Assembly: GCA_040954595.2 (NCBI GenBank)
Contig: CM082578.2
Span: 8,293,519-8,357,518, forward strand
Source of the DNA: Balanoglossus misakiensis
Lineage: Eukaryota > Animalia > Hemichordata
Direction: 5' to 3'
DNA: 64,000 nucleotides
Part shown: positions 53,101-62,100 of the stretch, in pieces
Numbering within the stretch: the stretch's first letter is position 1
Layout of the letters: every line of letters starts with the position of its first letter
Notes under the pieces: model-generated
The model's input: only the letters and a program-made list of their open reading frames with translations
Databases searched by the model: none
What the model was told of the DNA's origin: nothing
Position numbers and translations under genes: made by a program

Positions 53101-56100
53101 GGAAAAAAACCAGATCCTGCTATGTCGTGCGCCACATGGATGCAGACTGAAGGCAGTTGAAATGCGATACGTGCCATGTGTGCATTCATGTATGATGCCC
53201 AATCATCATAAATTCGCCACCTTTACTAAATAACAGTTGACTTTCTGGCCTATCCACACCTAACAACCAAATCAAAATGTCAACTCTAAAAATCCGACAA
53301 CAAGCAAAATAAATATATCTGATTGTGAAACTGCATTTAATACTAAATGTAAAGTGATCATTGAAAAAAGGAAGCTTTTATCACCCTCTTCCCCCAGGAG
53401 AATCATCCATGTAAACATTCAGTACACTGAAGGTTGTAAACCCCCAAAATAGATTTGTCCAAGGGCTGCTTGAGGTCGCCGAGGTCGCATATTTTACTCT
53501 GTGAGAACTGAGCCAATGACCTACTTCAACCCTAAAGCAAAATTTTTGCCCAGTCAGATTCCCAAACAGACTTAATGAAAAGGTTATGGCTTGTTTATCA
53601 CCAATACACGCAAAATATTTCTGCTTTTTTCTCTCTCAGCAAATGGCTTTTAATGAAGCTGGTGCATTATTTTTTACAACTACAGTACTATATTCATGTG
53701 TTCAGATTAAAACCTCTCCATTTTTTGCTTGATTCAAACTCAAAGCATTCAAAGTTAAACAGTTTATGACATGATAAAATAACTTTTATGGCATAGATAA
53801 TATACATATAAATAAAGTGGCTTATTGGGTTAAATTGTGTAACCCTAATAATTTAATTATAGAATTTGCTCAAAATAAAAATCGTAAGCCATACTCTAAT
53901 TTATCAACTTATCATTTGTAAAAAAAAATAAACCACACAAATTTTTAGGATAAGGGGATACGAGGTTTCAAGTTTCTATATATTTAAATATGTTTTAATG
54001 AAAATGTCACGATTGTCCTTATCATCAGGAAGCTGTAACAATGGTCATCACTCTTTCCAAGGAATTATGTTCCAATTCCAGAAATAGATGACTAGCAGTC
54101 ATACGACTCATGATTTTCGAAGGATTTCTATTGTTTTATATTTTATTGTCTGACACTTTGTAGTAAAAGGATGACGTGTGATGTTGAAAGAACAATTATT
54201 TGAATCAAATTCGAATTCAAGTTTGACTTACTTATAACAATTCCTGTCTGGTGATTACTGATAATAAATTGAAATTTTTATGTTTTTACACTTTTTTCTT
54301 CCAGATTGCCATTTGAGCCTTTTTTTTTCTTCCGCACTATTTCAACACAAAACCACAAACGGTCTTGGTGTTCACCATTTGTTTAGTTTGTTTAGCTGGG
54401 TGTTGATTTTATTAAAGATGTGATGTTTACGTTACAGCCCTTCAATGTCACACCCGCTGTTTCAAAATACTGCGGTTGGACCCCCGTTAACAGTGAAACT
54501 TAACTTTTCAAGAACAGTATCATGGAACGTTTCTTCTCTAGGAATCAAATAGTAATTGCGGTGTAGGTTATGATCTGATTTTGTTTGGCATTGATTTTAA
54601 TCCAATCTGTATCAGAGGTGTTTGTTTGAAGAGATCCCATCTGAAGGATGCTCAGATTGTTACATAAGCTTTCAAATCTATTATGGCTGAACCACTGAAG
54701 TGTTTGTGCGTGCTACCGTTTTGTATTCGTCTCGAAAACTTTAAAGTGCTCTTGATTTCCAAAGATTATACTTTGGGTGTTGTCAGACTCAATATGATCA
54801 TTCCACACCGAGTCAAAATCCAGTTTACACTGGCTTTTTGTGTCTGATGGACATTTTCCAAAACAGAATAAAGTTGAGTCATGGTCAGTTCAGTTTTGTG
54901 AGACATCCTTGTGTCTGTTATAGTCAGTCATTTGCATTGTAGGTCCAGAAAACTTGATCTCGCCCCAGAATGTGAAAACTTATCACAACAGACTTTCATT
55001 TTTTTTCAACCATCCGCGGTTTAAAAGTTTTTTTTCTAAAAAAATAATAATCACACAATCGATTATTTGGGAAAAAAGAGGTATTTAACTTTAAAGAACT
55101 CACCAAAGTCAGCTCTGCAGTATTGGTCTTGAGGATGACTTGGCATGCAACTACAACCATAGACTGACTGTAAAGCCAAGCAGCTCAGTAACACACTGAT
55201 GATCGCCACGGTTCTTGTCTTTGCCATGCTGTGTGTCTGTCTTCACAAACTCAGACTGTTTACTGGTCCTGTCACAAGCTTCTCTTCCCAAACTTGATGG
55301 ATACACCACTCAGCCACCTACTACTTATGTCTGAGGAGCTGCTCTTCCAGTAGTCATCGGCCCCCCACCTGATATTCTGACGCGGGCAAGTCGCTTGTGG
55401 AAGGTTCGGTCCACATAATAATGTTCCCCCGTTTAAATCGTCCTCTTGGTCATTTCTGCTTTGTTCTGTCTCAGTCATTACAACTTCCTGTTCTTTTTAT
55501 TCAAAGAAACTCGTGCGTTGAGTTTTCTTTGAATTTTTAGAAAACTGACAGGAACTTGGTACTTTGCCTCGTCCCCACGGTGGGTTGATACTTGAAGGAA
55601 CAGCCGCGTTGGCTGCCCAATCACATCCAGGAAAAACCTGTGATGTCATAACCTGGGTGTACCTACGCATATTCACTCATCTGGGGATTTGGTGATTGTA
55701 TTTACATACCTCAGACACTGGTTGCCTTGTTTGGGGTGGCGTCATACACACACAGAGCTCCACACGCTGGAAGTCTTATGCGTGCAGAACTGGTGCGATC
55801 CACTCATGAATATTCAAATCAGTATGCCCTAATATGGTGACTTTTGTAAAGTTCTCAAACTTTTTATTAAAGGAAGAAGCTGTGCAAAGTACAAATGTAA
55901 CAAGTAATTGCCAATCAGTAATTTCATGAGTTTGTCTGGAAATGTACATCAGCTGTGTTAAAAATTGTGGTGTTTTTTTTTGATGAAATAGGCAGAGAGA
56001 AACTTTTCAAAATGTAAAAACAACAATACCGCCCATGTAACAAACAATATAGTCTGGCCTCATACACAAAGGTGTTTAAATTATTTTAAACCTATGAATC

Positions 56101-59100
56101 TTAAGTTAAATCTACATGTATGATACAGCTCCATAGAATCAATATTTATCAATAAACATGAAGAGTGTGACCAGGAAGTATCTCCTTGTTAAATTATAGT
56201 GCCGTCAAAATGGCAAATTGTCAGATTGGGGGACATTGACCTCCCCTTTAAAAAAATAAACAAGTATAAACTTCTTTTTACAGATGGTTGGTTTATTTCC
56301 AACTCTTGATCCAATTGTTTTTATAACTGCACCCTTCCTTTTCTTTCCTTGAAATGTCCCCAAGGGTTGTGTAATTATGGTGTGACCCTGACAGGAAGTC
56401 CATAATTCTGTGGGAACATCATCAAGTGGGTAAATGTGGGTCACATGAATCAAGAACCCAAATAAAATGCCACTGGATCATTCAGTGTTACTTTAAGGTG
56501 AAGCGTATAAATACACAGCGAGCCTGTGCACTGCAGGTCTTTCCACGCACAAATTCAGGCTCAAGTTTCACCGACCCCTCCCCTATCTACTATTAAAGCC
56601 TTTGCGTGAATGTACATGAAGCTAAAAGACGTCACTTCATGGCTGGTTGCACAGCTGATGTAACCGGCCAAGTGGTGATACACTCGCTGGGGCCCCGTGT
56701 TTGTTCTGGTTTCCTCGGGGTTTGTTCCGTCTGTTGACTTTGGGTTCCTTTTCTCTTGCTTGCTTTTCTATTCTCCCTGTTTACTTTTGTCTGAATATGC
56801 ATTCTGCTCGGGGCCAGAGCTGGAGCACAACAACAAATACCACAAGCCAAAACGATCATGGGTTCAGATTTCGGCAGAGTTGTTGTAGGTGCATGATGAC
56901 GCGAGATCAGAAAAAAAACTATTGATGATTTGGTTCTTTTGACGTCTTTGGTGTGTTCCTTTAATCGTCATCTTCTAAATTCTGACGGTTCTATTTCCAC
57001 GTGGCAACGGAAGAAAAAAAGGCAAAGCTGTTAAAAGATCCCATCATCTGACCGGATGCGCTCCTAAGTACTCTACATCCTTTGGACAAATGGAAAACAA
57101 ACAAAAGCCGGTGCCATTACCACTTTCAATGTCAAAACCGGTTTCCAAACCCACTTCCAAATTGGCCAGAGACTGTAGCTATAGTCTGTGCGTGTTTTTC
57201 TCAGAATTTACCTGGAAATCAGTCAGAGGAGTGATGGTGAATCTTAGATTTAATGGTAGGAAGTCAACTGACAGACAGGAAGTGCTGGATTAATGACATT
57301 TTTAATGAAAGTAAATGAAAATTTAACCTAACTTGTTTGAGAATATGGAAAAGAATACTGTTTGTTATGCTTTGAGGTGAATGTGTTCATTGTATGTATT
57401 AAATAATATAACAAACCACATATAAATTCCCTACATTGAGAAAAGCGAATGAAAGGGAAGTTGATTCAGTCGTTCCCAGCGAAGGAAACTGTGATGCTGA
57501 ATCTACGCACATACACTTAATTCATTGTAAGTGTATTTTTATCAAAGGCGTTTTCTTAGGAAGTACACACCTATGGCCAAAAATAGACAGTTTCAGTCAA
57601 CTTTATTTTAACATGTTAAAAAAAGAAAAGAACAGAACATTCAGTGTTGAAATCAGTGGCAACAGATCACTTGGTCTTTGTTTAATATTTGTTGATGAAA
57701 CTCAAAAGACGATGGAAGTGAGCCAGTTCTAAGCATAAAGTTCCTGCGGTTATTAACACTGTCAATTGTTTGTTTGTGGTAGATTGGTAGATTCGAACAG
57801 CGATTTGGTAATGGGTTTTTGGATGACTGCGTGTTGATATGAAATGGTTTCCGAGGTTATTTTGAAAGTGCCGTAGGTTCCACAAACCCGGGCGGGTACA
57901 TTATCATGGTATTCCCACGGTATTTAGAATACTCAACACAAAGTCCGATACGGCTATTAATTGGCAGAGAAATTTCTCAGTAACTTCAAGCTGGTCCAGT
58001 TGACAGTGCAGATTCTGGAGTGCAAGTGGTGGAGGTTTATCGACTGTCAAAAGCTGATAGTTGAAGCATTTAAAAGGACACCAGTATCCACTTTAAACCA
58101 GCTCAAGGCCTAATACACGATTAAAAGAAAACGTATAATGGAAAGAAATTCTTTCCATCTGTTCATACTTTAGGTCTCATCACAGTGAAAACAATTTTCA
58201 TGTTTCGTCACAAGGCCTAGTTTCACCAAGTTCACGTTTCCTATAAAATGCACAGATGAATATCAACCAGCATTGATATTGTTTTCAGTGCAAGTGTGTG
58301 TTTGCCAGATAACAAGTACATCCTATGGAATGCTACTGAATTATATAACCACAAGTTGGTTACCGATTTCCGGTGGTTTCACAGACTGGTGAAATTGGTA
58401 ACGTGATACTCGATTTAAAATCAAGAGTCTTGACTTAAAGATTTTTGTATGTTGAATAAAACTTCCTGAGGATTTTGTATTTTAGTCTTTTATGGTCTTA
58501 CTCTTAGTAATGATAACTGGATTGATTGATATTTGATTGAGGAATTTGAAGCTGGACATTGAAAATGTGGAAATTTTGTGAAGGTGTGACAGGATGAGAG
58601 GTCATGATAAGGTCAAGGTTAATTACCATACTGAATGTATCGCCCCATTTTGTGGAGCTCTATGATTGGCTCTTTAAGATTTTGTGGTAGCCAATCAAAA
58701 GAAGGAACATTAGCAGTTTACAGAACACTGCAGAGGTTTTGGCCCCTAAACAGCAAGTTTAACCCTTTCACCCCCAGTTCCCTCCATAGAGGTCCATTCT
58801 TACCATAGAAAACAATGGATTTGGACCAAACCATGGTGTTGAAAAGGGAGAATCATGATTGTCATGCAATTGTTTTTCACAAGCAACAGTCGTGGATTTA
58901 TCACAATCTATTCACATCACAATCTTTTTATTTCTTCTGCATGGCGTCATAAGAAGGTGTGCTGACACCTTTCAAAACACCCGATATGTTCAGGTCTTTC
59001 ATTTTGGGACCGACTGCCTACAGGTTCACCTGCTTTGGAATGCTTCGAGCATTGCCATCTTGTTAGTGCATCTCATCTTTGCCAAAATTTCCAAAAACTT

Positions 59101-62100
59101 GCTCTTCTAACAATTAACATTAATAGGGAATATTTCTCATTCTCTCTTCGTACAACCCACACCGCCACACAAGCTCTTCTCACAAGCAAAGGCAAATCTC
59201 TAACTCTCTCTCTCGCTATCTTGCTAGTAGCGGCAGTTGATCGCCAAACTAACATAATACTAACCAAGATTGGCTCTTCTTTTTTTTCGCGCACTAACCA
59301 GATAATAATCCGTAATATTTCTTTTCTTTTTTTATTTCTATTTTTTCCTTCATGTTTTTTTTGCCTACTTCCGTAGAGTCTGAAAACAGGGCAGTATACA
59401 GCACATATAATGCAGGTTAGAACTACAATTAACTTATCGTTTATCTGTCTCTGGTGCCATCCTGCCTCCTCCATGACTCGATCCCGTTCTCATTCCCCCC
59501 TCCTCTCTCTCTCTACGTTCTCCAAGTCTTCTCGTACTCCTCCTCCTCGCATCTCTCAAATCTTAACCTCTGATAAACCAGCGTAGATCACGTTTAGACA
59601 GAAAAAATCATGCAATAGTGTCAAAGTGAACCCATTGCTAGACTAGTGTAAAATACTCCCCTGTGTTTTTTCCAGTGGAAATATGACCCTTTATTCCCCT
59701 TCCGCACTCTCATAGGTAGTCCCCAATCATAGGTTAGACCCCCCAAAGCATGGCACTGTGGGTAAAGTCAGAGCATTGCACCATGGGTAGTCTCCATTTC
59801 CCATAGTACTGCTGTTGTCTGGGATATCTACAGGATGGTGACATAAAAAAAACAGTTCTCTTTTTAAAATGTGATAAAAACTCAGGGTTCATCATGCAAA
59901 TGTTTCTATCAAATTAAATGTTTTCAGCATATTTCACTGTTTTAACAAATCAAAATGGTTACGTTAAACAATGCATTGATGCTATGGGCTTGTCTTCATC
60001 ACTTTTCTTGAAAACAAGATAATTAATGATGTCTTCAAGTTCTTTTCCAAGTTTACAATCTTAGGAAATGTAGAAGAGAACAAAATAACGAAAGAGTGAA
60101 TGATACTTCATTTGTATGAAAATCTCACCTGTGGAGTAATGTGATTATAATCTACCGGTACTTGTACTGGTTTGCTATATGATTTACTCAAATCTCCATT
60201 TTACCTGTAAACTTTGATTTTAGGGGATGTATGATCTGTGTGTTCTTGTGAAAGGTTGGTTCAGTATACTTTGTATTATAGGTTCAGTGGTGGTGGGATA
60301 ATTGATTTGCATTTTGATGTCCTTGTGACATTGACATTTTGCGCTGGTGATGGGTAATCTGTTTTTATTAACATGACATTTTAAGCTGGTGATATGATAA
60401 TCTGTTCGTAGTATTATATTTCGGGCTGGTGATGGGATAATTTGTTTGCATATCATTTAAGGCAGGTGACAGGATAATCAGTTTTTGAAGCAGGTGGTGG
60501 GATATATTCTATCTGTATTACCTTTTAGTTGGTGATGGGTGATCTTGTAGATTTTAAACCTGGTCGCATACACATACATATACATATTATGTATGTTCCA
60601 TTCTGAGCAGTGTTTCATCCAAAATGGCATCAACTGAGGGGATTTTCCCCCCTTTTGCTAGAATGTTAGGGGATATTGCACTCTAGCAAGGGGGTGAGGG
60701 GGACTGCAACAAGACTTTAAGTGTAACTTGAATCATTTCATGCGGCACTGCATGATCAGCCTAGTGCCAACATGTCAACAGAGGGTTAATGGCTCGATCA
60801 CCCTGTCTAGATGAAACACTGTTATAGGTGATGGTGGTGGGAATATGCAGTACCGGTACATTGCATGTTACTTGTCTCCAAAAGATAGACATGGAATGTA
60901 CAATATGTATGCCAATACAACACACTATAAAGAACTATGCCTTAATTTTACAGAATTTTCATTGACTGTGTACTTTCTGATCTCGTTCTCATTTTCTTGT
61001 GTGCTGGGTTTTCTTCACCCTTTTGACATCTGGGAATCAGTCTCTTACCACATTGGGTTTGTAAAGCCTCGGTTGAGACCATTGTCAGTCAACCAGAACT
61101 TCAACAAATCAGCTTTGAAATTATTTCAGTTAAAATGATGTAGTGATTGTGGATACTTGTAGGCGTTTACTTCTGACACCCAGACAAGTCAAATTTTGAA
61201 TATTTTTGACTCGTCAACTCATTCTGTATGAGATGAAATAGCAATGGTGTCATTAGCATCTATGACGTCATCAGCAGTTATGACATCACAAAACATTGTT
61301 TCAATAAACAGATGTGTCAAGTTGATCGATACACCCAGATGTACAATACTTCCATTTTATACATCTCTCTCACGCTGTCTCTGTTTTGATTCCAGTTGAT
61401 GACCCCAAAATTCCCTTGCGTTATCAAAATCGGACACGCGCATGCTGGAATGGGCAAGGTAAGTGAACTGAAAGCATTTATCTGTAATGGGTTTATGTAC
61501 ACGTACGTCACAGCCTGTATGAAATTACACACAGCAGCGCCACCAAAATATCAAAGGGCAGATGAGGTCGCGTACCACTGTACAATTTAGATGTACCTGC
61601 AGTATAGTGTGCGCTGTCCATCCCACCAACAAAAATACCATGTGTTTTGATTGGATTGTTTTGTACACCACCTACTCTGCAAAGTAAACTGTCGTTTAAT
61701 ACTGCCCCGGGGATAGACACAATTATACACCATCAAAGCATAAGTACTTAATTCCATTTTGTGGTCAGTTGACATCCTGTTGCAGTGTTAGTTGATAGCG
61801 TTCTACCTTCCACCCACTCTACTCAGTGTCAAGTGACTCAAGCTGGAAGCTATGCCTTGCTCTTTTTGCATTTGTGTTACTGTAAACTCTTCCAGAATGT
61901 AATCGTACCTGAAGTTGAAAAGTGCCAGCAAGGGAAAGCCACTTCTCTGTGCCATGTTAATTTTTTTTTGCATGAGTACCATGTCAAAATAAGTGTATTA
62001 AAATGTAATACTGTAAAACAGGTAATTTTTTTACGAAAGATAAAACTACGCAAGAGCCAAAAAATGCGAAAATAACAAATTCGCGTAAAAAATGTTTTTA

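Noticed and set aside
56632-56925. Cys-rich [17 protein letters not shown]... as a possible third nested TIMP
   Set aside because: No C-x-C...HPQ...C pattern, no VIRAK, and no companion exons found in 46200-50000 or 55300-61300.
59035-59474. 113-aa and 133-aa ORFs over the pyrimidine-rich region
   Set aside because: By-products of low-complexity sequence, better explained as splice-regulatory tracts.
60288-60545. CRISPR-like repeat-spacer appearance
   Set aside because: Repeats are degenerate, spacing is irregular, there are no cas genes, and the DNA is clearly animal intron.
61041-61056. Possible microexon AG|TCTCTTACCACATTGG|GTTTGT before exon 6
   Set aside because: 16 nt is not frame-preserving, and the acceptor context is weak.
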